Assembly (NCBI GenBank): GCA_002104905.1 | Contig: MCFE01000686.1 | Span: 1-45,258 of the forward strand | Direction: 5' to 3' | DNA: 45,258 nucleotides | Source of the DNA: Basidiobolus meristosporus CBS 931.73 | Lineage: Eukaryota > Fungi > Basidiobolomycota | Part shown: piece after piece, positions 35,557-45,258 of the stretch | Numbering within the stretch: position 1 is the first letter of the stretch | Layout: the number at the start of each line of letters is the position of its first letter | Position numbers and translations under genes: made by a program | Notes under the pieces: model-generated | What the model saw: only the letters and a program-made list of their open reading frames with translations | Databases searched by the model: none | What the model was told of the DNA's origin: nothing

Positions 35557-36518
35557 AGGCTCCAGTGTGTGGGGTAGTGTGCACCTTGTTCAGTGATTGG
35601 TTGACTACCAATAGGTATGTGGTTATTGGCTTTGAGGCCTGTAGTAGTTCTTGAGTGACCAATTCTGTGGTTGACAGCCCTTCTGAAGTGTATGGCATCA
35701 TATCTTTCTGCCAGTTCCATAGCCTCTACTAGGGTTTTGGGGTCTTTGTATTCAATTTCCCATCTAGTGTTGGATTTCAGGCCTCTTAGGTATTGCTCAA
35801 GTAGTTCAGTATCAGGCATGTTTTGAATTTCCATACTAAGCAAGTTAAACTGCTCATTGTACTCTTGAACAGACTTGGCTTGAAAGAGTTTGGACAGTTT
35901 TTCTCTTGCCATTCTATCAGCATTGATAGGTGTAAACCTCTTTCTCAATGCTTTAACAAAGTCAGCCCAGGAGGCTATGGGTGGAAAGATGCCCCTATTC
36001 ATTCCTTGAATGTGAAGTTTCCACCACATGGTTGCTTCCTTTCTGAAAAGTGAACAGGCATAATGTACTTTGACTTCTTCAGAGTCATCTGAGAAGTATA
36101 GGTACTGCTCTACTTCAAATATCCAAGTCTCTAGAGTGGCAGTGTGTCTTTTGCCTTCAAAGATGTTGGGTTTCTGAAGTTTCAGATTTGTTGCTCTATA
36201 TTGTTTTGTGAAGTCCAGAGAGCCTTGCCCATCTTCTCCAAGATTCAAGGAATTGGGAGGCACCGCAGGTCTTACAGATGAGGCTTCACCCTCTCTCTGT
36301 ATACCTTGACCAGTAAACCATGATCTCTGGGTGTTCACAAAATGTAAAGAGTCCAAGTCTGTCTGCCTACCCATTCTTGGGTCCAGACTAGGGAGGGCCG
36401 CAGGCTCAGTTGTGTGGGACTGTCCTTGACCGGCTAACTCAGCAACTTGTTGTTCAAGACTCTCAATATAGGCCAACATTTCTTCTGAAGAGCTAAATTT
36501 TGGCTTTTCTTCACTCAT
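35547..36518 (-). CDS. gag: Gag N-terminal part, frameshifted at G4 run 35571-35574 (G5 in E3; C5 in E5)
   Basis: Matches E3 Gag up to ...GAHYP then diverges. Confidence 0.9.
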   Translation of the reverse strand: MSEEKPKFSSSEEMLAYIESLEQQVAELAGQGQSHTTEPAALPSLDPRMGRQTDLDSLHFVNTQRSWFTGQGIQREGEASSVRPAVPPNSLNLGEDGQGSLDFTKQYRATNLKLQKPNIFEGKRHTATLETWIFEVEQYLYFSDDSEEVKVHYACSLFRKEATMWWKLHIQGMNRGIFPPIASWADFVKALRKRFTPINADRMAREKLSKLFQAKSVQEYNEQFNLLSMEIQNMPDTELLEQYLRGLKSNTRWEIEYKDPKTLVEAMELAERYDAIHFRRAVNHRIGHSRTTTGLKANNHIPIGSQPITEQGAHYPTHWSLWT

Positions 36519-36688
36519 TTTGTTTTTGGGTATTGTTTGATTTGCGGTAGGCGGGTGTGTTTACCAAGGGGGCTGGTTCTCTGGCAGAATTGACTGGGTA
36601 CTGTTTTTTTTCTTTTTTTGAGTGAAACGGAGGGTTTCTCTGGGAGGTTGGGAGGGTCTCGGGCAGGTACGGAGGGTATCTCTGGACA

Positions 36689-36868
36689 ATTGGAAGAATA
36701 TCTGGGAGATCGGAAGAGTTTCTGGGAGATCGGAAGAGTTTCTGGGAGATCGGAAGAGTTTCTGAGAGATTGGAAAAGTTTCTGGGAGATCGGAAGAGTT
36801 TCTGAGAGATTGGAAAAGTTTCTGGGAGATCGGAAGAGTTTCTGAGAGATTGGAAAAGTTTCTGGGAG
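36689..36868 (-). repeat. 20-bp tandem repeat x9 in 5' leader of E4
   Basis: Same as in E3 and E5. Confidence 0.95.
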
Positions 36869-36915
36869 GTACGGAGGTTTTTGTTTTTTGGAGATCGGAG
36901 GTTCGCTGCTACCAA

Positions 36916-37225
36916 TGTTATGAATCGAGGGCAAGCGGAGGAGGACCGGAGGATGTCCAATACGAATCAGAGAGGTTATCTGAATAGTTGATGAACCGGT
37001 AAAAGGTTGATGCTTTATTGATAGTGTTCAAAGGAGTTTATATAGAGATAGCCTCGGAGGGAGAGCTTCCGATAACGTAGGGCAAGCTTCCAAAAGGAGG
37101 GTTCAAGATGTATTAAATAACGTGTGTATCACTGAGTGCGATTGATCGTCTGTGTGGAATTCCAGGTGTTCGATCAGTAGTGTTCAAGTGATCGGTAGTG
37201 ACTAGTTAGGATTTAAATCATAACA
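36916..37225 (-). repeat. 5' LTR of E4
   Basis: 310 bp, next to PBS. Confidence 0.97.
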
Positions 37226-37605
37226 CTAAAACAAGATAAGTCACCTAACGAATCCATATAAAATCCTGATAACCTGTACCATTATTCGAGTGTTCTTTTT
37301 ACAGGATGCAGTAGCCACTACAAGATACCATTAAGCTAAGTAAAATAGAGCCAAGAAGATTAGGGGCCTACACGTATTTTTGGACGATTACAGACTGAAA
37401 ATCTGATATGATGGTCAAGGCTGAGCAGCAAAAGATAGGGATTGCTTCGAACCATACCGTTTCATAAACGACGGTTTAATGAATCTTATTTTCATATATG
37501 AATTGTTGAAAAAATTTACTGCTAAAAAGTGCGTGTTGTTTGCAAGGAAAGCATTGCCGGCAGAATTTCTCAGTAGATACAAATCTTAAAAATCCTAAAA
37601 AGGTT

Positions 37606-37677
37606 TTCCCCATCGGGGAATCGAACCCCGGCCGTCTCGGTGAGAGCGAGAAATCCTAACCACTGGACCAATGAGGA
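37606..37677 (-). tRNA. tRNA-Glu(CTC)
   Basis: Same body as array A. Confidence 0.97.
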
Positions 37678-38203
37678 CTTGTTACATGTATGCTAATTGT
37701 TGTGAATGTTCATCTTTATTGTTTGACGATGTCCATAGGATAGCTTCACAGCGGCAATAACCACAAAATAGCTGAATCCTTTGGGCAATATCATATGCAT
37801 ACTATAGAATAATTAGGGGATATGCCTCTCTGTTCTTCTGGTTTAATCTCAAGGGAAAGGCTATTTAGGATAAGATTTACACTCTGATGGCAAAAACCAA
37901 CGCCATTGCTGACTCCAACCAAGTACATGTATTGGCGGTTTGTACTTTGTTACCGTGTAGACGGAGTTGTTTTGTTAAGATATTGAGCTCCGGATTATGA
38001 CTTATCATGGTAGGTTCGGGAGGGGGGAAACGGCTATCTTTTGGGTTAGTGCTCCTGAGAGTGACAAATCGCATCCATTATTTGTTTACTCTGGGAGTAT
38101 TTATAAATGTGAGGATTTGTGGTGCCATTATTCATATTCCAGAATTACTTTCAGTGGACGGTTTAGCGATTAGGAAGCTCTTAACTTTCTGGCCTTTCAA
38201 GTT

Positions 38204-38277
38204 GCTCGCATAGCTCAGTTGGTTAGAGCGTGGTGCTAATAACGCCAAGGTCGCAGGTTCGACCCCTGCTGTGAGCA
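38204..38277 (+). tRNA. tRNA-Ile(AAT)
   Basis: Copy in unit B2; empty target site. Confidence 0.97.
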
Positions 38278-38683
38278 TGTCTTTTTAAATGTTAAAGCGG
38301 TATGTTCTCATAAGCAATTACATACTATTCTTTTATATGGATATATCAACTGCGTGTGCTAATTGCCGATTAACTTTATACTCCTCGCTCAGCCATGAAT
38401 AAAAATCTGGTAGGAAAAGAACTATCATCATAGATACCCTTAGGAACCACTATTTGATCGAGTGTTACTTGTCAGCTCCAAGAACACTAGATCTCGTTAT
38501 ATTGTAGTCATCACCAGTAGATATATTTTTTAATAGGCCAGATAGCTGGTATTATTCATCGTTTTTGTTAAGACTGAGAAGGCATACGAAGATGCAATAC
38601 TGTCAAGTCAATACCGCCAAGAGCAGGAGATATAGACATGAAGTGAAGTCTAGCTACATAACGTTCTGATATTCGTCATCTAT

Positions 38684-38755
38684 TCTCGGATAGTATAGTG
38701 GTAAGTATCCCCGCCTGTCACGCGGGAGACCCGGGTTCAATTCCCGGTCCGAGAG
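38684..38755 (+). tRNA. tRNA-Asp(GTC)
   Basis: Copy in unit B2. Confidence 0.97.
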
Positions 38756-39099
38756 CTTTTTTTGGATTTCCTGTTTGCTTTCGAACCAAATTGAGAGTTC
38801 TACGAGTAAAGCCAGGCATTGATGTGTTTGACATGTTAACTAGCAAGGCGCTCTCAAACCTAAATATCCAAAGTATACACGGTCTTATGGATTATTATTA
38901 CACACTCGAAGCAATATTGTTTTAGAAAGTAGTATTCATTTCTCATAATATTTTGGCCACCAAATAAAATCGCAAATACAATCAAGCCTTATGATACTTT
39001 GCAAAACTTATGTATATCCATTTATCGTGCCTAAACTGGGTGGCTTAGCATTCTACCAAACAGATATACCATCCTTCTATCTAGTAGGATGCAGAAGAA

Positions 39100-39171
39100 G
39101 GGCTCAACTTGGAATTGAACCCAGGACCTCTCCCACCCTAAGGGAGGATTATACTACTAAACCATTGAGCC
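39100..39171 (-). tRNA. tRNA-Pro(AGG), possibly impaired
   Basis: Copy in unit B2, same two lesions. Confidence 0.85.
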
Positions 39172-39260
39172 ACATATGCCACTTGGGCTAACGATTGCTT
39201 GTTTGGCATTGAAAAGAGTGGCATTTACAACCTAATCCAATGACGTTACATAATATACAT

Positions 39261-39333
39261 GGGGGTCTAGCTCAGATGGTAGAGCGCTCGCTTAGCATGC
39301 GAGAGGCACTGGGATCGATACCCAGGTCCTCCA
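39261..39333 (+). tRNA. tRNA-Ala(AGC)
   Basis: Copy in unit B2. Confidence 0.97.
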
Positions 39334-39408
39334 CTTTTGCCAGGTATACTATATATTTTGCAAAATACAAACATAACAAACGTTAGAACAATAAAACAAA
39401 TGGTAAAA

Positions 39409-39480
39409 AGGACGCAGGCGGATTTGAACCACCGACCTATTGATCTGCAGTCAATTGCTCTACCACTGAGCTATACGTCC
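39409..39480 (-). tRNA. tRNA-Cys(GCA)
   Basis: Copy in unit B2. Confidence 0.97.
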
Positions 39481-39561
39481 GTTAATTGACTAACCTTGAT
39501 TGTTTGATTGTATATTTTCAAAATACAATAGGATACCGGTATAAAAATTGCAAAAGATATG

Positions 39562-39634
39562 CACCCAACGTGGGGGTCGAACCCACAACCTTGAGATTAA
39601 GAGTCTCACGCTCTACCGATTGAGCTAGCCGGGC
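39562..39634 (-). tRNA. tRNA-Lys(CTT)
   Basis: Copy in unit B2. Confidence 0.97.
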
Positions 39635-39809
39635 CACGTGGTTGTTAGGAATTGTTATCACTTAAATTCCAACATGTTAATGCGAATATGCTAAATCTTT
39701 GTCGTAGCGTTTAAACCTCTTACAAAAGTAAATGAAAAACAGTATACTTTGAATCCATCGGAAAAGGTTTCTCTGTATATTTTGCATGAGAATATCAAAA
39801 AAAGATATT

Positions 39810-39882
39810 TGCTCCCTGCCAGGATCGAACTGGCGACCTTCAGATTATGAGACTAACGCGCTGCCAACTGCGCTAAGGAAGC
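39810..39882 (-). tRNA. tRNA-Met(CAT), elongator
   Basis: Copy in unit B2. Confidence 0.96.
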
Positions 39883-40009
39883 AATTTCTTTGTGGTTGAG
39901 GCAATACATATATTAGATTAAATATGTTGCGCCAAATAGTCAAGTGTTGTATTCGGCCCTAAAGCCATTGCTCTAAGGCTGTACAAACTCTGAAAATCAA
40001 AAGATAACC

Positions 40010-40081
40010 TTCCCCATCGGGGAATCGAACCCCGGCCGTCTCGGTGAAAGCGAGAAATCCTAACCACTGGACCAATGAGGA
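40010..40081 (-). tRNA. tRNA-Glu(TTC)
   Basis: Copy in unit B2. Confidence 0.97.
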
Positions 40082-40219
40082 CTTGTTGGATTAGAAGCGG
40101 TATGCACTTCTATAACAAAAATAGCGGCGTTTTGCTCTGCCAAATAGAATATAGGATATTTCTTGAGCAGACGATTTGATTAACTACGGTCATCATTAGT
40201 TCTATGATGGAAAAGTTTA

Positions 40220-40291
40220 TAGCAGCGAGAGGTTTCGATCCTCCGACCTCGGGGTTATGAGCCCCGCGCGCTTCCTCTGCGCTACGCTGCT
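40220..40291 (-). tRNA. tRNA-iMet(CAT), initiator
   Basis: Copy in unit B2. Confidence 0.97.
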
Positions 40292-40482
40292 TGAACGTTT
40301 AACATGAATGAATTAGACATATTATAGTGATTTACTGGCAGCAAAGCTTTGTAAAGCCGATGCCAGTTAACTATAGTCCAGAATAACCATACCAATCCAA
40401 TAGATTAGATGACATATAACACAACGAAAAAGTATTAGAACTGCCTTAACAACACATAAATATTACCAATCAAAGTAAAAAT

Positions 40483-40555
40483 TGCCGTCTCTGCGGATCG
40501 AACGCAGGACCTTCAGAACTTCAGTCTGACGCTCTCCCAACTGAGCTAAGACGGC
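40483..40555 (-). tRNA. tRNA-Phe(GAA)
   Basis: Copy in unit B2. Confidence 0.97.
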
Positions 40556-40953
40556 TATACAATTTCCTTAACGAATGGTATCAACATATATGCTACCTTA
40601 TTGAATCATTCAGTTCCAAATCCACCTATATATCTGTCACTCATGTATTGTATAAACGGAGTTAATATTAATTTCAAAGATTACTTGAATGTGGCTCATA
40701 GTGGTACCCTTTTAGCCCAGTCATTTGTCAGTAAGGTGTAAGCCTGTTGGCGCTCTTGTGGTGTAATTGGCCATCGAGTCGAGCTGTCAGCTGGAAAGTT
40801 GATGGCAATCTTTCCAATATCCTTATTCAAGCCAAGGACATAGAGGCTACAACTCAGCAAGTTGTACTCGGGACTTGTGAGAAAAAGAACTGGCGTATGG
40901 GATAATGAGCGCCTCAAAAATATATTTTGTAAATTTAATCATCAATAGTAAAT

Positions 40954-41036
40954 GGAGAGATGGCCGAGTTGGTCTAAGGCGTCACGTTAAGGCCGTGATC
41001 TCTTCGGAGGCGTGGGTTCGAATCCCACTCTCTTCA
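40954..41036 (+). tRNA. tRNA-Leu(AAG)
   Basis: Copy in unit B2. Confidence 0.96.
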
Positions 41037-41277
41037 TTCCTTTTAATACCCTCACCATTTTCCAATCACACACGATAATACTATAGGAGATGACATTACT
41101 CCATTATTTATTATCAGTTTTTAATTTTTTTAGATACATTACGGTCGTCAGCAACTATGGGGCCGAAAACAAATAGGACGGATAGTTCTATTCAAAAGAA
41201 GTGAAACTTGTAAGAATCAAACTCTAGGAGTTAAAAAGCTTTATAATGGGTTAAACTGGCTTAGAAAAGGAAAAAAA

Positions 41278-41350
41278 TGCCTTCTGCCGGAATCGAACCA
41301 GCGACCTTCTGCTTACTAGGCAGACGCTCTGCCAACTGAGCCAAGGAGGC
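41278..41350 (-). tRNA. tRNA-Thr(AGT)
   Basis: Copy in unit B2. Confidence 0.93.
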
Positions 41351-41882
41351 ATATACATGTAGGGTGGCGCTTAGTTAGCATATGTTTAAATGCTCATTCA
41401 ACACCCCATAGGTTGCTCCCCTTTGTATAATACAGTATCGCAACTGTGGCCAGTGGAGTTAGAGCACTCTATTCGGGTACTATAGATAGGGGTTCGACTT
41501 ACGACTGTCACTAGAGCTGGGGAGTTTGAATGTAGTGTCACTTCTAAACTGGTCATGCAAAATTTTTCGATATTCTGTTATGTTGTTTTTGGGCGCAGTC
41601 TGAATAAAATTGTTCTTGTTTCACTCGCCGACCCTAACCACCGACTCTGGGAGAGTATGGTGAAGGGATGATGAACTTTAGTTTGTAAGAGCCTTGGTAT
41701 TCTAAGTAAATGAAGAATATGGCAACATAGTTATCTCGAAGGACTACCACTTTTACCTTGGCAAGATAACCAGCTCCCACTTGAATCTGAATTTACAGTC
41801 TTCGTCTGTTATTAGAAGGTAAAGATAGAGGTTCTTGCAAGGGAACGAGTGAAGTGTAAAATTCTGTACTCTGGCTGCAAAA

Positions 41883-41953
41883 TGCATACTCGGGGAATCG
41901 AACCCCGGTCTACCGCGTGGCAGGCGGTAATTATACCACTAAACCAAGTATGC
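41883..41953 (-). tRNA. tRNA-Gly(GCC)
   Basis: Copy in unit B2; LTR 10 bp upstream. Confidence 0.97.
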
Positions 41954-41963
41954 GCTCAGTACT

Positions 41964-42273
41964 TGTTATGATTTAAATCCTAACTAGTCACTACCGATCA
42001 CTTGAACACTACTGATCGAACACCTGGAATTCCACACAGACGATCAATCGCACTCAGTGATACACACGTTATTTAATACATCTTGAACCCTCCTTTTGGA
42101 AGCTTGCCCTACGTTATCGGAAGCTCTCCCTCCGAGGCTATCTCTATATAAACTCCTTTGAACACTATCAATAAAGCATCAACCTTTTACCGGTTCATCA
42201 ACTATTCAGATAACCTCTCTGATTCGTATTGGACATCCTCCGGTCCTCCTCCGCTTGCCCTCGATTCATAACA
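41964..42273 (+). repeat. 5' LTR of E5
   Basis: 310 bp; TATATAAA 42145-42152, AATAAA 42170-42175. Confidence 0.97.
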
Positions 42274-42274
42274 T

Positions 42275-42286
42275 TGGTAGCAGCGA
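42275..42286 (+). promoter_or_regulatory. Primer binding site, tRNA-iMet
   Basis: TGGTAGCAGCGA 1 nt after LTR. Confidence 0.95.
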
Positions 42287-42320
42287 ACCTCCGATCTCCA
42301 AAAAACAAAAACCTCCGTAC

Positions 42321-42500
42321 CTCCCAGAAACTTTTCCAATCTCTCAGAAACTCTTCCGATCTCCCAGAAACTTTTCCAATCTCTCAGAAACTCTTCCGAT
42401 CTCCCAGAAACTTTTCCAATCTCTCAGAAACTCTTCCGATCTCCCAGAAACTCTTCCGATCTCCCAGAAACTCTTCCGATCTCCCAGATATTCTTCCAAT
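42321..42500 (+). repeat. 20-bp tandem repeat x9 in 5' leader, degenerate units continue to ~42560
   Basis: Three 40-bp dimers then three monomers. Confidence 0.95.
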
Positions 42501-42670
42501 TGTCCAGAGATACCCTCCGTACCTGCCCGAGACCCTCCCAACCTCCCAGAGAAACCCTCCGTTTCACTCAAAAAAAGAAAAAAAACAGTACCCAGTCAAT
42601 TCTGCCAGAGAACCAGCCCCCTTGGTAAACACACCCGCCTACCGCAAATCAAACAATACCCAAAAACAAA

Positions 42671-45258
42671 ATGAGTGAAGAAAAGCCAAAATTTAGCTCT
42701 TCAGAAGAAATGTTGGCCTATATTGAGAGTCTTGAACAACAAGTTGCTGAGTTAGCCGGTCAAGGACAGTCCCACACAACTGAGCCTGCGGCCCTCCCTA
42801 GTCTGGACCCAAGAATGGGTAGGCAGACAGACTTGGACTCTTTACATTTTGTGAACACCCAGAGATCATGGTTTACTGGTCAAGGTATACAGAGAGAGGG
42901 TGAAGCCTCATCTGTAAGACCTGCGGTGCCTCCCAATTCCTTGAATCTTGGAGAAGATGGGCAAGGCTCTCTGGACTTCACAAAACAATATAGAGCAACA
43001 AATCTGAAACTTCAGAAACCCAACATCTTTGAAGGCAAAAGACACACTGCCACTCTAGAGACTTGGATATTTGAAGTAGAGCAGTACCTATACTTCTCAG
43101 ATGACTCTGAAGAAGTCAAAGTACATTATGCCTGTTCACTTTTCAGAAAGGAAGCAACCATGTGGTGGAAACTTCACATTCAAGGAATGAATAGGGGCAT
43201 CTTTCCACCCATAGCCTCCTGGGCTGACTTTGTTAAAGCATTGAGAAAGAGGTTTACACCTATCAATGCTGATAGAATGGCAAGAGAAAAACTGTCCAAA
43301 CTCTTTCAAGCCAAGTCTGTTCAAGAGTACAATGAGCAGTTTAACTTGCTTAGTATGGAAATTCAAAACATGCCTGATACTGAACTACTTGAGCAATACC
43401 TAAGAGGCCTGAAATCCAACACTAGATGGGAAATTGAATACAAAGACCCCAAAACCCTAGTAGAGGCTATGGAACTGGCAGAAAGATATGATGCCATACA
43501 CTTCAGAAGGGCTGTCAACCACAGAATTGGTCACTCAAGAACTACTACAGGCCTCAAAGCCAATAACCACATACCTATTGGTAGTCAACCAATCACTGAA
43601 CAAGGTGCACACTACCCCCACACACTGGAGCCTATGGACCTAGATGTTATGCAGAGCACACCAAGACCTTCTAAAGAGGAATGCTTCAAGCTTGGACTAT
43701 GCTTTTACTGCAAGGAACAGGGTCATAAAGTCAATGAATGCCCAAAGAGGCCATTACAAAGAGTATTCCAACTCTCCACTAAGGAGGAGGAGCACACAAT
43801 CAGCCTTGTTAAGGAGTATCAGAGGACTCAGAGCTTATATACTACCCCAAAGATGCTGAAACTCCCAGGGATTCTCAACAACAACCAATGTGTCTCTGTA
43901 CTCATTGACAGTGGAGCAACTGATGTCTACATTTCAAAAGATGTAGCTGATCAGATGAAGCTACAAACAATCCCTTGCCCCCCAATTCACATCCTCTGTG
44001 CCACCAAGGAATCAATTATAGTGAACAGCAGGACTGAACCCTTGACTTTACAAATCAGGGACTTCCAAGACACCATTTCCCCAATTATCATACCCCAAGC
44101 CAACTTTGAAATCAATGTGGGACAAACTTGGCTAAGAAAGCACAATCCTGACATAAACTGGCAGACTCAGGAAGTTGTAATCAACAAGGATGATGCAAAA
44201 TATCATCTGTCACCCAAACCAACCCTGGACAAAGGCAATGCACCAGAACACACCATATCAAAGAAACAGTTTGCCCACTCTATCAGACAGAATCCCAAAC
44301 TGTTGCACATGATAGCCTTTGCCAAAATCCAAGAGACCACAGAAGTGACAAATGACAGGCTCAAGACCTTGTTAGCAGAGTTTCAAGAGGTTTTTCCCAA
44401 GGAAATCCCTGCACTACCCCCAAGCAGAGAGATTGACCATGCCATAGAAGTAACAGATGATAAACCAAGAAACAGAGCCCCATATAAGTTCTCCCCAAAG
44501 GAAATGGAGACTTTGAAGGAAACATTGAAGGACTACCTGGCTAAAGGCTGGATAAAACCCAGTAAATCACCATGGGGAGCTCCAGTACTCTTTGCTCCAA
44601 AGAAGGATGGGAAGCTACGGTTCTGTGTGGACTACAGGGCCCTAAATGCAATCACTGTCAGAAATTCCTACCCATTACCAAGAATTGATGCCCTCTTTGA
44701 CCAACTGGGGAAGGCAAAGATATTCTCTAAAATAGACCTGGCATCTGGATATCACCAAATCAGAATTAAGCCTGAAGACACCTCTAAGACAGCATTCAAC
44801 ACAAGATATGGTCATTATGAGTTTGTTGTGATGAGCTTTGGCCTGACTAATGCCCCAGCAACATTTCAGACACTCATGAATAGCATCCTGGAACCATATT
44901 TAGAGAAATTTGTCCTGGTCTACTTAGATGACATTCTGATCTATAGTACCAGCATGGATGACCACATGAAGCACTTGAAGACAGTACTGGCTATACTAAA
45001 AAAGCACAAGCTATATGCACAACTTCCTAAGTGTGAATTCCTCACCAGATCAGTTGAATACCTTGGTCACATAATCTCAGATAAAGGACTACACATGGAT
45101 CCAGCCAAGATAGATGCTATCCAGAAATGGGAAGCCCCAAAGTCACTCACTGAAATGAGATCCTTCCTGGGACTTGCATCATATTACAGAAGATTCATCA
45201 GGGACTTTGCAACTATTGCAGCCCCCCTTACAGACTTGACCAAAAAAGAGAAAGACTA
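42671..45258 (+). CDS. gag-pol: Gag-Pol polyprotein, partial (open at window end)
   Basis: ATG at 42671 (MSEEKPKF...), reverse complement of E3 ORF; absent from track because no stop is reached. Confidence 0.95.
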   Translation, partial: MSEEKPKFSSSEEMLAYIESLEQQVAELAGQGQSHTTEPAALPSLDPRMGRQTDLDSLHFVNTQRSWFTGQGIQREGEASSVRPAVPPNSLNLGEDGQGSLDFTKQYRATNLKLQKPNIFEGKRHTATLETWIFEVEQYLYFSDDSEEVKVHYACSLFRKEATMWWKLHIQGMNRGIFPPIASWADFVKALRKRFTPINADRMAREKLSKLFQAKSVQEYNEQFNLLSMEIQNMPDTELLEQYLRGLKSNTRWEIEYKDPKTLVEAMELAERYDAIHFRRAVNHRIGHSRTTTGLKANNHIPIGSQPITEQGAHYPHTLEPMDLDVMQSTPRPSKEECFKLGLCFYCKEQGHKVNECPKRPLQRVFQLSTKEEEHTISLVKEYQRTQSLYTTPKMLKLPGILNNNQCVSVLIDSGATDVYISKDVADQMKLQTIPCPPIHILCATKESIIVNSRTEPLTLQIRDFQDTISPIIIPQANFEINVGQTWLRKHNPDINWQTQEVVINKDDAKYHLSPKPTLDKGNAPEHTISKKQFAHSIRQNPKLLHMIAFAKIQETTEVTNDRLKTLLAEFQEVFPKEIPALPPSREIDHAIEVTDDKPRNRAPYKFSPKEMETLKETLKDYLAKGWIKPSKSPWGAPVLFAPKKDGKLRFCVDYRALNAITVRNSYPLPRIDALFDQLGKAKIFSKIDLASGYHQIRIKPEDTSKTAFNTRYGHYEFVVMSFGLTNAPATFQTLMNSILEPYLEKFVLVYLDDILIYSTSMDDHMKHLKTVLAILKKHKLYAQLPKCEFLTRSVEYLGHIISDKGLHMDPAKIDAIQKWEAPKSLTEMRSFLGLASYYRRFIRDFATIAAPLTDLTKKEKD

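Larger units (their letters stand above)
31849..37225 (-). mobile_element. Full-length Ty3/gypsy copy E4 (5377 bp), 1-bp frameshift
   Basis: LTRs 31849-32158 and 36916-37225; TSD CTAA (31845-31848, 37226-37229); PBS 36903-36914; PPT 32159-32169. Confidence 0.98.
22187..41963. repeat. Tandem tRNA gene array B, ~4736-bp unit, interrupted by retroelements
   Basis: 28087-31848 recurs at +10117 = 4736 + 5377-bp element + 4-bp TSD; 22187-22698 recurs at 37685 onward. Confidence 0.96.
41964..45258 (+). mobile_element. Ty3/gypsy copy E5, 5' part (runs off window)
   Basis: 5' LTR 41964-42273, PBS, leader repeat, open gag-pol. Confidence 0.98.

Noticed and set aside
37404-37460. Possible Arg(ACG) relic in B (ATGGTCAAGGC...GATTGCTTCGAACC), and possible Arg(TCT) relic near 30283-30305
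   Set aside because: Syntenic, but similarity is too patchy to call without a covariance-model search
42229-42678. 149-aa and 139-aa ORFs over LTR end, PBS and leader (also in E3, E4)
   Set aside because: They begin at TTG and stay open because the leader repeat has no stop on this strand; no evidence of translation
1-45258. 5S rRNA, U6, SRP or RNase P genes in the spacers
   Set aside because: No recognisable conserved motifs by eye; Rfam cmscan would be needed to exclude them

Overview
Eukaryotic nuclear DNA (probably fungal, taxon not determinable here) with no host protein-coding gene. It has two components. (1) Two related tandem tRNA-gene arrays. Array A has a 5227-bp unit with 17 intact tRNA genes: three copies that look identical by eye plus a partial fourth, 138-16193. 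Array B has a ~4736-bp unit with 14 tRNA genes in the same order and orientation but largely unalignable spacers, about two copies, 22187-41963. In total I count 80 tRNA genes, plus decayed tRNA relics at syntenic positions. (2) One young ~5378-bp Ty3/gypsy LTR retrotransposon family with 310-bp LTRs, a single 1449-aa Gag-Pol ORF, a tRNA-iMet PBS and a 4-bp TSD, present as six insertions. Five LTR junctions lie 10-12 bp upstream of a tRNA gene's first base; the sixth is inferred at 11 bp. Both orientations occur, and target sequences are unrelated. The element's primer is the initiator tRNA encoded in the arrays, and the PBS appears bipartite. A ~6-kb head-to-head pol palindrome centred near 19190 joins array A to array B and is probably an assembly artefact. 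Novelty could not be checked against databases.
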